DNA of 64,000 nucleotides, from assembly GCA_964035545.1 (NCBI GenBank), contig OZ037767.1:12509801-12573800 (forward strand), in the 5' to 3' direction. Positions 49,318 through 62,751 of the stretch are shown piece by piece. Source of the stretch: Bugula neritina. Taxonomy: Eukaryota > Animalia > Bryozoa. Numbering within the stretch: the stretch's first letter is position 1; each line of letters opens with the position of its first letter. The notes beneath the pieces are model-generated. The model was not told the DNA's origin, made no database searches, and saw only the letters and a list, made by a program, of their open reading frames with translations. The position numbers and the translations under genes were made by a program.

Positions 49318-51890
49318 TGCAGCAATACTCAATCGTGGGAAAGGCTTGGGAAGTAAATCCTAAAGAAAAATCAGGAGTTGCAGCCCTTAAAGCAAAATTT
49401 GCCCTAGCAGCTTCTGTGACAAGGACGGTGCCAAAATGTAAAAGTCCCTGCTGTTCCTTTAGATTTGTCAGAGGCATGGAAAGGAGGAGGGAGGCTACAT
49501 GGGCAACTGCCTGTCCTCCATTAGTTAAACTACTGGTAGTTAAACTAAAATATTAGAATTAATTTACGTGTTTGAATATATGAATAGCATGAACTACAGC
49601 TAAAGCTTTCATTGTCAATATACTCCCAAATACATTCCAAAGTAAGAAAACAACTCAAGTTATCAAGAAACTCTAAATTTAATAGTCATCAGACAATATA
49701 TTAAAAATATATTGAAAAATTACAGAGCAACAGTAGTATAGTACATGGTTCCAGTGCTGGTCTATATAGTAAACAGTAGGTCAGTGGCTCGAGTTCCCCC
49801 ACTCTTGCTGATGTTTAAAAGAAAAGCATTTAGTTATAATTTGTTTATTGCTTTAAAGAAAACTTTTTCTACCTGGGTTTCTCACAGATATAGAAAATAT
49901 AAACTCATGCAAAGGGGGTGTACTGCATGAATATTTAAATATTTTTCAAAAGTGTAACTCCTCTTCAATATATAATGTTTTTTCAAATAATTATTCTATG
50001 AAGTAGAAAGGAAGAAATTTAATTTGACCTGGAACAAGATCTTTGAAACTTTTGGGGTGATCAGCAGATTAGTTATTTTTACTTTTACATGCAACTTTTG
50101 TTTTAACTTTCTCTTTCTATTCTTATATCTGATGGTTAAACGAGTGAAATCATACCTTAGTTTACCTTAAAGCTGTTTTTGGTGTAAATCATTGCAATCT
50201 GGAATTACTGTTACAACCTATTTTCAAAATGTGCTTTTATTCATATTTAGTCTTCTCTGACGTTTATCAATTGTAGCTTTGGCAGCTGCTTTTACAAAAC
50301 ATTTCAAGTTGAACCAGCTATGAAACAAAGAATAAAATTATTGTCTAAATATCCTACTAAAGTAATAATTAAAGTTGAAAAATATATGTGAGATAAACTC
50401 TTTTCAAAGAAGCTGCAAAATATTCCTATCGCAAAAGACTACTTTTTAAAAATTAAAGTAGCAATTGGAAGCTAGCTTATAACTAATTGAGTGTTTCAAA
50501 TGTTTTAAAATATTGCAACTACTATGAAAAACCACTTATATGTATTGACTATAGAAAACACATACTAGAGGATGTATGGCTAAACATATTTGTTGCTTTT
50601 TTACAATATTATATATATACTGTCATTGAATTATCTATTCCATCTCCCAATTTTCTATCAATGCGAAATCCACAAAATTAAATGTACACTTGCATTTTAT
50701 ACTTCTTTACAATACTAGATCCTTAAACGAGACTATTATTCGATAAGCTGATACTATTCAGTTGCTTTAAATTGAATTTAGTTAGATTATCATAAGAAAA
50801 ATTTTAAAATTAAAGGGAAGGACAACTCCCAATTGTTCTTTTAAAATACAGTTTTCAAAATGCGTTCCGTATGAATGTACAGCAACTCTTTTTTATTGAA
50901 CATATAAAGCCGTTTTTATGACTTTTTGAGTAATAACTAAGTATATGAGTTTATAAATAATTGAATTTACTATAATTATACTTTTCGCTCAGTTTATGTA
51001 AAAAGTACTAGTATCATATGGTGGTATGGAAATATATGATTTGCAACAGCAATGCAGTTAAATGTATGATTTGATAAGGTGGTACAATATTACGATAATA
51101 TAAAGTTACAATTATTTCAGTGATAATATATCTTACAGTAAAACCATATGACAGTAATATTCTTATATGATATTGGAATATACAAAAAATGTTTACCTGC
51201 CAGAAGCTCCGTTTGATAAAGAGAACCTGGATTCGGAAGGCATCAGTTTGAGAAAAGAATTATTATCTTTCTGCTCTTCTGTTCTGTCTCACAGAGCTCA
51301 CAGAATGTGGTGGCACCAGGCTCAGAGTCTCTATCAGTTATGAACAGATTCAGTTTCTAATTAAGGGTATATGAATTAAAAATAGCTATAGCTAACTTTA
51401 ATTACAGTAAAGTTCATTGATACTTATTTAGTTATTTATGTGCAATTAGAAAATAATTTTATACTATAAATTAACATTATTAAAACATAATAAATAATTT
51501 GTAGCAAAACTGGTTTTTGTGGAGGACTATAATGCATACAAATATATATAGGCTACTATAAATTATGAATTATCAAATAAAATTATAAATAGCAGTTATG
51601 TAAAGTTTTAAAGTGCTGTAAATGATGTACAAAGCCAGGAAAAAGCAAGTATGGGAAAATAATCAGTTTAGTGGACTGAGTGGTTAGCCAGGCAGCATTA
51701 TCAAACTTTTGCCAATATTTATTTTGTAGGAGTATAATTTAGAGTTTGGAGTTGTTTTATCATATCAGATGATTGAATTTGGAAAGTTAATTTCACTCAC
51801 ATTATAATATTATATTCTCAATTCTGTTCTATATATGAGGGATAAGAGAATGTATGCTTATACCCATTGAATGCCTGATACACACTGTTC

Positions 51891-52610
51891 ATATATCATA
51901 CTGCAACATGATATTACTATACTATTAATATATATCACACTGCAATATGATATTATTATATATATCACACTGTAATATGATATTATTATACTATATATCA
52001 CACTGCAATATGATATTATTATACTATATATCACACTGCAATATGATATTATTATACTATATATCACACTGTAATATGATATTATTATACTATATATCAC
52101 ACTGTAATATGATGTTATTATACTATATATCACACTGTAATATGATATTATTATACTATATATCATACTGTAATATATTATTATTATACTATATATCATA
52201 CTGTAATATGATATTATTATACTATATATCACACTGCAATATGATATTATTATACTATATATCACACTGTAATATGATATTATGATACTATATATCACAC
52301 TGTAATATGATATTATTATACTATATATCACACTGTAATATGATATTATTATACTATATATCACACTGCAATATGATATTATTATACTATATATCACACT
52401 GTAATATGATATTATTATACTATATATCACACTGTAATATGATATTATTATACTATATATCATACTGTAATATATCATTATACTATATGTCACACTGCAA
52501 TATATCATTATACTATATCACACAATAATATGACATCATTATACTATATATCATATTGTAGTATGATATTAGTATACTATATCACACTGCAATATATTAT
52601 TATACTATAT
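51891..52610. repeat. 33-bp AT-rich minisatellite, ~21 copies
   Basis: Unit atatatcacactgtaatatgatattattatact. Confidence 0.95.
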
Positions 52611-54791
52611 TCTGTTGTACAACGATTCCTTTACATATAGATAGTACGTTTGATGATTGCACAACGTACAATCAATGGTCGAAACTGTGTCCGCTATATT
52701 TGAGTTCAATGAGATGTTTTCATTGATGTTTTTATAACTATTTTAGTACAATCAGTACATAAATTGTTGAGTTATATATTATGTATGTGCTACTCTCTTG
52801 CTAAACAAGTGTTAAGTGATCAGCACCTTAAGATTATCTTCATTTTCGGCTTGTTTAAGCTACAATACTTTAAATATAGTTATATTGCTAGATACATACT
52901 ATGGTTGAGCTCTACAGCTTCATCAGTGCTTGATTTTATATTTACTGTAACGCAGTAGTCCAACAATTATTGAATAGCATATATATTCTATGTAATATCA
53001 TTATTAATGAGATAGTGGTACACTAACTTCTATATTGAATTTACTGATGTCTGCTTTTTGAGTTACTGTTATATAATCAATTCTCAGCTTATCTGACAGC
53101 TGCATATGGTGGGAATGTGAAAGAGAGCACCTGCTTTTCCTGTCATTCTAATGTATTCTCATTTTATACTGCAACTGCAATCACTATATTATTATATAAG
53201 CCAATAACATAAATTCACGATAAATTTTGATCAAATTCTTAAAGGACTCTGTCAATTTGAGATTCTTGAGTATATATATAATACGGTGTGATTATTAAAA
53301 CACTGAGATTCATGGGTTATAATAACTTAATTATATAATGTGGCTGCTTCTATAATATATTACTAATTTTTTTGGCAAACTACAAATAAATGTATATTTG
53401 AAATTAAAACTTAAACACAATTTTTGTCCCAACACTTTTCTCAAACCTTTAATGTTTAAAATGAATAGCTTTATATACAAATGGTTATTAGTACTACAGA
53501 AAGTTGATTTACTGGTTAGTTCAGTTGTTTGTACAGAAGTGCTTATAGCTTTTTGCATAATAAGCTGAAAAATTATTAAAATGGAGCAGATAATGCTGTC
53601 GTTGCATAGCTCAAATATTGTGTTGTTTCACCATCATGGATACTGTTTCCTGATACAACTTTTGCTTATATGTATGAATCCTAACAGGGATTGGGGTAGC
53701 AGAATAGATTGTAAGGGAATCCTAATGGGTAGTAAGTGTTAGATGATGGTTGATACATAGTAATAAGGGGCAGAAGGATAGAAAAGAGGATAGTAGGGAG
53801 GTGGAAGAGAGGGGATGGTTGGGGGTGGAAGAGAGTAGAACAGGGTGGTGGGGCGAATGATGTAAGTGGCTACTAAATTAGAAATATGCAAAAATATGAA
53901 TATTTTTCATACCCAAACTTATTTTTAGTCATGACCCAACCAAGTAGCCTACAGCACTAACTCAATTGTACTATAGCTCATAGGTTTTGAAAGAATGTTA
54001 CTAGATCAGAACAAACTATTAGATTTCTTTGTAAATAAGTGGAAAATTACTATAAAAAATACCATGGTTTGCATTTATAGTAATACAATCACAGAAATAG
54101 GCTACACGACAAATTATTATAAATTGTATTGGTATTGTCTATGGCTGCATATGCAACTTTTCCAAATAGTTGTGATAATGCCATGTAGCCTGTTTGCTTT
54201 GTCATACTAAGCTTCATTGAAATATTTAGTTCAAATTGAATTGTCTTTTAGATGAGAAATTCAGTATTTCTATTTTTATACCCAGTGAAAATATAATAAC
54301 AGCTTATGCAGATACTGTGCACAATGTATATGTTTTGTTATTCAAAACTGATTAACTTGAGTTAAAATAAATGATGCATTATTAAAGTTTCCAGCAAACT
54401 TAGTTATGTTATCTATACATCTGGGTAGATCTGTAGTATACTCAAAGGTTATCAATATATTATTTTGTCAGATGAGTTCCTTTTCAAAATAACAGCATGT
54501 CACAAAAACTGGGATTCTATTTCAAACTATGTGAACAACAGAATTTTAATTTGATAAGAACTCTAAAATAATCCAATATGACAGTAAACAGGCGGATTGA
54601 GTTTTAGAGACTGATAGGGGGGGGGGCGTTAGTATAATTATAAAAAAATCATCATCATCATTTATCAGCAAACTATAAAACACATCATTCTAAGACTCGC
54701 TAGAAATTGTCTTACTATTTTCATTAAACAAAACACAGATTGTGTGCATTATAGTAGATTGGTTAATGTTATCTTAGAATACACTTCCTAG

Positions 54792-55472
54792 ATAGACACT
54801 TCCCAGTTAGATGCTAGGCTTAATTTCTCAGTTAAACGCTTTCCTAATTAATCACGGTTTATTTACTTTGGCACAATTATATGTGCAATTTATTTGAATT
54901 TTATTAAAATATATTATGTATATTTAAATAAATTTGGATCAATTGCTTGTTATTTAGCACATAAATATATTCCTTTGATCTGCATCAACCTACTTATTAA
55001 TTTTGTGTTGTCTATACTTTTTGTTTAAAAAATGTTTTAGTAATAAGTATTGATCAAAGATAACAAAAACTCAAGCAAGTTTATAGTCACTCTTATGAAA
55101 AGGTTTTTGTTAAAGCAGGCTAAGAACTTATTTAGATAAGGCACAAGAGTAATTACAATTGGATACTCTTCCTAACATCACCAATAGCCTTTTTCAGTGT
55201 TAGAGCCCATATGACTTCGTACTTACTATAGGCAAATGCTTCAGCCCTTAGACCACGGCTGCTCCCATAAAGATAATGTCTATTATTAATGTACTATTAC
55301 TGTTTTTCTTCCACAAAAATCCTTGAAAACTGGAATATTATTTCAGATAATTTATATTATTTATCGTTTCATGTGCATCAATCAATATGACAGTTATATA
55401 TAGATATGTATAGGTATATTACTATATATACTGCACCAAAGTAAAAATAGTGTCTAACTGGGAAACGTCTAT
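54792..55472. mobile_element. Old MITE-like element upstream of the collagen-lectin promoter
   Basis: atagacacttcccagttagatgcta ... tagtgtctaactgggaaacgtctat form an imperfect 25-bp inverted pair. Confidence 0.5.
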
Positions 55473-55581
55473 ATGAGATGAAACCGATTGGTTAACTTTT
55501 TAAAACAAAATAACCTAATAAGTTTGCCCCTTTCCACCCATGGACTTGTTTTATACAATGCTTCCTTGTTTTAGTTTAACC

Positions 55582-55622
55582 TATAAAAACAGAAGACCCG
55601 GCTACATTTAACAATATCACTT
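55582..55622 (+). promoter_or_regulatory. Putative TATA box + initiator
   Basis: TATAAAA at 55582 and an Inr-like tcactt about 35 nt downstream. The ATG|gtaagt first exon ends at 55654. Confidence 0.5.
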
Positions 55623-57174
55623 TCACTTTGATTAGAGTGTACAACTTGAACATGGTAAGTTCTTTGTATATTTTAGCTTATTTTTGTTGAATAACTTATA
55701 AAACTTTATAAATTTGCATCAACGATAAATAATTATCAATTCATAATATACTGATAAAATATTAAACTGATCAAATTTCTATAGAAAAGCAAGAGAATAT
55801 ATGTTTTTTTAAAATTTCAGTCTTTTGGCTACAAATCAAACAGCTTTCGTTCATAAAATTAAACATTTTACAGCCTGACTTGATATTATATTTTAAAGTA
55901 CTATAGCAATAAAAGCACAAAATAAACAGGAACATGTAGGAATGTTATTAGTTTAGAGTATTGAAAAATATTACGCAATTTAATTTAAATTACAGTTACA
56001 CTGTGTGAGTATATAATGAAATAATTTAAGGCAGTTCCTTGCAAGTTACCTTTAAACTGTTTATATTATTATAATAGATTTGTTTGCAGTTGAACTGAAA
56101 TTATTTCTCATCAACTATTGTCCGAGACTTTTTTAATTATTATTATATAGTAAGAAATTAAATAGCCATAATATTCAATATAGAATTATTATAACAATTC
56201 AAAGCGCGTATGAATTTAATTAGGTCAGGGCATTGAAATATAATATAGTATGTAACTACAGTTATTCAATTTAAATTCATATAAACTTTGTTGAAGGAAA
56301 CAGAAAAGCAGAGTTCAAAGACATCAGAGACACACAGAGGTGTTCACGGAATATCTTTGGTGTTCTGTATTATAAATCTTCTCCTGTGGTTTTTCCTTAC
56401 TACTCTACGGTGCAACTGAAATATCAAACTTGTACAGAGAAGTTGATAGTCTTACATATGCTACAAAAGAGAAACCGTCTGCTGCAACGTTGATACAGAC
56501 TAAACAGGAAGTAGAAGAAAAACTCATAGTGAGGCTCACAAATGAAATAAGAAACATAAGAAGAGAAATTGTTCTAGAAAGAAACAATTTTAGAAAAGAA
56601 TATGACTCATTGCAAGAGACGTTTGATGCTCTTAAAACACAGTACAATAGTTTCAAAAAGTTCTGGATGAAAATGATTCAGAAGGTTTGTCATAAGCTTT
56701 TTAAAATATGATAAATACCTTTAGCCTTAGGCCCTGTGTCATACATTACGCATGACTCTTCTGTTTCTATAATTGACAAGTTTCAACACTAAATAATTTT
56801 CAAAGGGGTTAGCTATAAAATTCTTAAACTTCGATACAACAGGCTACTGATCATTTGAAGTTATGTGAATGTAGGTTCAGGCAAATGCATTGTTACATGT
56901 TAATAAAAGAAAAGATTTTAGAACTTTTTTTTTTAGAATAATATAATATCAATTTAGAAGTATCTGTAATTGGGAAAAAATTTCCTGGAAAATTTCATTT
57001 AACTTCAAGACATTAGCAATATTATTACACACTTATGTCAAATTAATTCTCTTACAGGTCATATCAAATGAAAAGCATATCAACCAAGATGAATCTACAG
57101 ATTTAAAAATTAACATGAGCCAATATATGACTTATAACTTTACAAACTATAATAGTGTATTAATTGTGGAGCTT

Positions 57175-57324
57175 GGTAGTGGAGAAGGTGGGATATTATC
57201 TGGTGGTGAAGAAGGTGAGACATCATCTGGTAGTGGAGAAGGTGGGATATTATCTGGTGGTGAGGAAGTTGAGACATTATCTGGTAGTGGAGAAGGTGGG
57301 ATATTATCTGGTAGTGAAGAGGAA
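57175..57324 (+). repeat. 54-bp coding repeat x~3 (GSGEGGILSGGEExETxS)
   Basis: Units start at 57175, 57229 and 57283. Confidence 0.9.
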
Positions 57325-59149
57325 CCTCCGCATTTAACCAATGAGAGTGCTCGATACACATACACACAACGCGCAACCAATAAAAGCAGACTTAAGGAAG
57401 AAGAAGAGGACCGCACAGTTCTACTCCACACTTCATTTAGAAATTTGGAAAGTTATTTGGGCTATGATGGTACGGAGCTGCCGTTGCCTGAGCAAATAGT
57501 TGAGCTTCTAGGTAAAGTATATAATATATATTATGTAATAACATAAATAAATATCAAATCAGTATGTTCTTGTTATTTGTTTCAGGGTACACATAAGCAG
57601 TATTTTTCTGTTTCAAAGCTTGTAGGCAAGGACCAAAAGGTGAAAAAGGAGTCAACGGAAAAGATGGATACCCGGGTATTGCCGGTGGCACTGGGGAAAA
57701 AGGAGAACCTGGCATTATGGGTGTTAAAGGAATAGCAGGAGAGAAAGGAGAAAGTGGAGTCCCTGGTGTTGATGGCAGAATTGGTAAAAAAGGAGAACCT
57801 GGTTATAAAGGAGACATTGGGGTGCCTGGAGTAAAGGGTGAAAGGGGGATGCAAGGAAATCACGGAGAAAAAGGAATTCCCGGTAAAAATGGAACCAACA
57901 GAGAAAAAGGAGTTCAGGGATTGAAAGGTGATGAAGGTTTGTCTGGAAGGAATGGACTTCCAGGTGTAGCTGGCATACCTGGTGATAAAGGAGAACCTGG
58001 TCGTTCAGGCTCAGCCGGCACACCAGGATCAAAGGGTGATAAAGGAATGCCTGGAGCAAGTGGAAGAAAAGGAGCACTGGGTAACACTGGTACTAAAGGA
58101 GAGCCAGGTCAACCTGGAGCTCCGGGAGACAAGGGAATGATTGGACAGAATGGATCAAAAGGAATACGAGGACAGCCTGGAGTAAAAAGAGTGACTGGCT
58201 TGAAGGGAGATTCTGGTAGAGCTGGTAGTCCAGGAGTCAAAGGTGAAAATGGTGAATCAATGATTTTAGTTTCATTACATTACTTCTATAGCACTGCACA
58301 CTATATTACGAAAATTGTTACACTATATAATATATTGTATTATATAGTGTACATTATGTATTAATTGTAACATTTTATATTACATATAGCAAAATATGAT
58401 ACTAATATCAGTGTTTATCAAGCGAATTTACATTTAAACTCTTTTTGAAACCTTAGCTAGTTGCACACCTGCTATTTTTTTAAATTTAAAAGTCAGCTGT
58501 CCTTAAGAAATGTTTGGTAAGAAAGTTAGAGGACTTTTTAGCTTTCATTTTATATATTAGGAAGTCTAGACATCTTGCAGACTTTTCATGTTCTTATGTT
58601 TATATATGAAAACAGCTTTTGTTTAAATACATTAGCTCTTCAAGTGACAAAGGAATGAAAGGTCTAACTGGTGTTAAAGGAGTTCAGGGTGTCAGTGGAA
58701 GAAAAGGAGATAGAGGACCACCAGGTGCAAAAGGTGCTTCTGGTAGTGTTGGTAGACCCGGTTTGAGAGGAACACCTGGAATTAATGGCATACCCGGTGC
58801 CAAAGGTGCAAAAGGTGTTTCTGGAAGTAATGGTAGATCCGGTACCACAGGTGCTACAGGTACTTCTGGCATAAAAGGTGCAAAGGGAGTTCCTGGACTC
58901 AAAGGAGCACCAGGTATTAATAGAACATATTACATATAGGTTTTCAGTTTAACTCAATAAATTTTATCTTGAAAATCATACTTTTAATAACAGCCTAATG
59001 AGACATTAGAGCACTCTTTCTTATCATACGTATTGAAGTGTTAAAAGTTTTCACAAATATTGTTAATTGTAGGAGAGGCTTGTCCACTCGAGGACATTTT
59101 AGAAGTAATCTTTGGTGGTATGTTTTTACTTAGTCTTGTCCCCTAATAC

Positions 59150-59241
59150 CTTGTGAAAGGATGTGTATGCAGCATGTTGTAGTTGTAAATAACATCCAGT
59201 AGTCTAAAAGTTAATGGAAATAAAGTTTGATTGATTGATTG
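59150..59241 (+). mobile_element. Probable LINE 3' tail fragment
   Basis: Ends in aataaagt(ttga)x3-4, an AATAAA-plus-short-tandem tail typical of L2/CR1-type 3' ends. Confidence 0.35.
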
Positions 59242-59250
59242 TAAAGTATC

Positions 59251-59381
59251 AAGTCATTGTACTTTACTAGTCAATCAAACTTAATTTCTCATTAGCTTCT
59301 AGGCTTTTTTTTAAAAAAGAAAAGAAACTCTAGAAGCTTATGAGAAATTAGGTTTGATTGACTAGTAAACTGCAATCACTT
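59251..59381. repeat. Intronic hairpin, 52-bp arms
   Basis: 59251-59302 and 59330-59381 are reverse complements with 5 mismatches. Confidence 0.85.
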
Positions 59382-62300
59382 CAGACTTGCAAATGCAAAA
59401 TGAAAAAACATTCCAGCTTTGCATGTAAAATGACCAGTTAGTAAAGTTTTAGCTCAGAGCTTGCTGAGTAATGTGAGTTTTGTCATGATCATTTGAATAA
59501 TTTGAGCTGCAAGTTTGACTTTTTTGACAATTGTTAACAAAGTATATAATGTTTGTATTTGTTCACTTTCACATCAAGATTTTCTAGGTTTTGCGGTTTC
59601 TTTAGGAGAAGTCTTTCAGATTGGCATGACTTATTATAATTACCGTAAAACCCCTAAAAGAAATTGGCAAGACGCCAAAAACTTTTGCACACAAAAGGCA
59701 GGTGGCAAACTCGCACAGATACCAACTTCAAGTACAGAACACCAAAGTTTGTCTGACAAACTGAGATCTTTTTCAGGTGTGCTATGAGCTGTGATCAGGT
59801 CTCATTATTTTGAGCTAAGTCTTACTATCTTGTGTTGACTGTGGCTGCTTTGAGTTTCGTCATGATGAATTGACATACATAAACCAGTTTCTATAACCTC
59901 AACACTGGTTTTGAGTAGTAAATAATGAAACTTTTTAGGTTAATGAAATAAACTGCAACATGCACGTTATTTCATGCACTATGTTTATAAACAATAAATC
60001 AAAATACAAGTAGTTATAGCATATTATGTGTAAAGAGTATAAATGAAGTCGTAACATTGTACATATGACTGAATTCATTTTTAAGTGATTTCAATAAAAT
60101 TAATCTAATCACAATTGCATTAAAAAGTTGAAAGTAGCTTACCACGAATATCTTTGAGAGCTCCACATCTTTATGAGTTGCTATACTGAAAGTGTTTGTT
60201 GATTACAGATCCTAGGGTCTGGTTCGGTGGGAGAAAAGTTTCTGATACCTTCCAATGGACAGATGGTAGTTCTATTCTTGATTCTCTTTGGGCTCCTAGA
60301 GAACCAAACAACATTGCTAAGATAGATTATATATACACTAAATATGTGTGTGTGCTTATTTGTAAGTTATAGAACCAATTAATTAGAAATTGCTGAATCA
60401 CCAATGCTTTTAGTAAACTAGTGTGCATCCGATAATACATAATGTTTGTTGTCTGTTTACAGGTGGCCAAGAGGACTGTGTTGAGTTTTGGGTAAATCCT
60501 AGAAAACTCAATGATCTTCCGTGTAGTCAACAGCGACCTTTCCTCTGTCAAATTTCAAGTTAGGAACTGCATGAGTCTACACAACAACCAATCAGAGTGT
60601 ATAGCTACTTTCTATATAAGAAACACCAGCATCCAGAAACAAGCTTAGAGCAAAGTAAATGTTGCATGCGTCACTCTAAAAATATTTCTATATACTGTAT
60701 CATAGACTGTACTGTGATATTATTATATTATAATACTGTAATATAATATTATCCTATATTACGCTGTCATACTATATTCCCCTGTAATAAGAATTTTATA
60801 AGTTTACTTGTCGGATTCAAAATTTACACTGACTGAAGCAAATTGTGTTAGTTTACAGCTTACATTAATACAATGAAAGTTACAACTTTCTATTTTATTA
60901 ACTGTGTAATATTTTGAAAACAATGATTATTTTTACATCAAAACTATACAATTAATAGTTGGCATATATTTTATTATTGTCTTCATCAATGAGAAAGAGC
61001 ATGACCCTATAAGTTCTACATTGAATAGCCTACTGGTTTCTGCTTTTTGAGTTGCTGCTATATATATAATCACATCTCAGCTTATCTGACAGTTGCATAT
61101 TGTGGGAATGTAAAAGAGAGCACCTGTTTTTCCTGTCATTCTCATATATTCCCATTTACTACAATGACTCATCATTACATAAGCTAATCAAATAACTGTA
61201 TTAATTCCCATTAAAGTGGCTGTCAGTTTGAGATTGCCAAATAGATAATACAAATTGTAATTATTAGAACACTGAAATTTTTGGGTTACATTCACTTAAT
61301 TGAGCAACGCATATGCAGTATTTTATATCATATTCTGGTTTTAAACGCTTGCTATATATATGCAAATAGTAGTTTTATATAGAATATTATCAACATTAAA
61401 ATTAAAACAAGATATTTATTAAAACACCTTTTAAAACTTCAAACGCTCAAAATGAATAGATTTTTGTATGAAGAATCAGTAGAAGCACATAATGTTTTTT
61501 ACCAAAAGCTGAAACAATATCAAAATGGAGCAAGTGTTCAATTACTGGTCAGTTGTGTGTACAGGAATATTGACTGTTTGCATGAAAAGCTGAAATATGG
61601 AGCAGTAGATGCTATCTTTTCATATTATCAGCTATATATTGTTGCCTCATCGTCATGGATACTTTTTCGTGATGCAACTCTAGGTTATCCTTATATGGAT
61701 TGGGAAAGTAATTGGGTAGCAAAAAAAGTGGCAAAGATATCATAAGTATCGTATCTCAGCTACTTGTAGATTTTTTCATTGTATTTTTGTTACAAATAAT
61801 ACGATTTGTGAATTAATGAGCTAGAACTCATTAGTTGTGTTTTTACTGCGGCATCTTTTATTCATAATAATGATATATTTAGTTAGAAAACAACAATTCT
61901 CAACTGTTATCATACAGTATAACATCAGAAAGTTACTGAATCAATATATTTTATTCATGTGAGGATAACTGTCAATGTAGTTGGAAACTGTATCCACCAT
62001 TAGGAGTTGTCACCTTCATAAAATTATTATTGTTTCCTATGAGCACATTGCTGTGTTCCTATCATACACGTCCTCCAACAATACTTTACCTTTGAATTCT
62101 CTAAACATGGTTACTTGAAACACAGAAGCTGAACTTTGGTTGCTCTCACGTATTAATAGTCTTTGATAGCCAAAAGCCACTTTGTCTGTCACGTGGTCTT
62201 ATTGACACAGTCAGATGTGTTTGTTACCAATCAACAATGCAATCCCTGGGACAGAATTTCTGATAAGGGTATTTCCCCCCAACTTAGGAGTTTTTATAAT

Positions 62301-62751
62301 GAGGTGCTGTTGCCAATGAAAACCACTCTTACAGTTGTTGGAATAGACATAGTGTGGTATATGTAAATATTGTTTCTATAGACTTTTTGCTATGAGCAGT
62401 TTAGTGAGAGGTGCAGAAAAATAAAAAGAGTTGATTGAGTAGAAAGAGTGAAATAGAAATTGATTTAATATGCCTTTAATTCAGGCAACTATGCGAGATG
62501 CTCCTGTGTCAATTGATTTGAGAAAAATATCATAATTATATTTTATTTACATGATTAAAGTACAACATATTCCATATGTGCTACTTCTTCTATCTCCTTA
62601 CACTTCTCTCCCTTTTCACGTCAGCAGCAAAGTTCTGTTACCTTTGGCAGTCTCACCAAAATAATATTATAGCTACAGACAAAAACATTGCAGCCTTTCA
62701 GACTAAGTTAATGATCATTTGATAAGATAAACTCTGAGCATATCCTTCAAC

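Larger units (their letters stand above)
55652..60563 (+). pseudogene. Type II membrane collagen/C-type lectin (collectin/scavenger-receptor-like), paralog 1, probably damaged
   Basis: Exons: 55652-55654 (ATG); 56297-56684 (TM + coiled coil); 57058-57511 (Ser-Gly/acidic stalk); 57619-58251 and ~58636-58913 (~100 Gly-X-Y); 59073-59117; 59606-59776, 60209-60316 and 60463-60563 (CTLD: NWQDAKNFC, VWFGG, WAPREPNN, EDCVE, LNDLPC, FLCQ). Lesions: +1 T at 56390-94, a phase mismatch at ~58636, and a GT>CT donor at 60317. Confidence 0.88.

Noticed and set aside
51858-52528. 33-bp array as a CRISPR array or a 216-aa repeat protein
   Set aside because: The units are head-to-tail with no unique spacers, there are no cas genes and the context is eukaryotic. 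The ORFs stay open only because the unit length is a multiple of 3.
53795-53856. G-rich tract with G-quadruplex potential
   Set aside because: It is a low-complexity purine tract with irregular loops, is not conserved in the duplicated unit and has no functional context.
61452-61745. 97-aa ATG ORF between the collagen-lectin paralogs
   Set aside because: It has no recognisable domain, and the homologous segment at ~53530-53705 does not preserve the frame.
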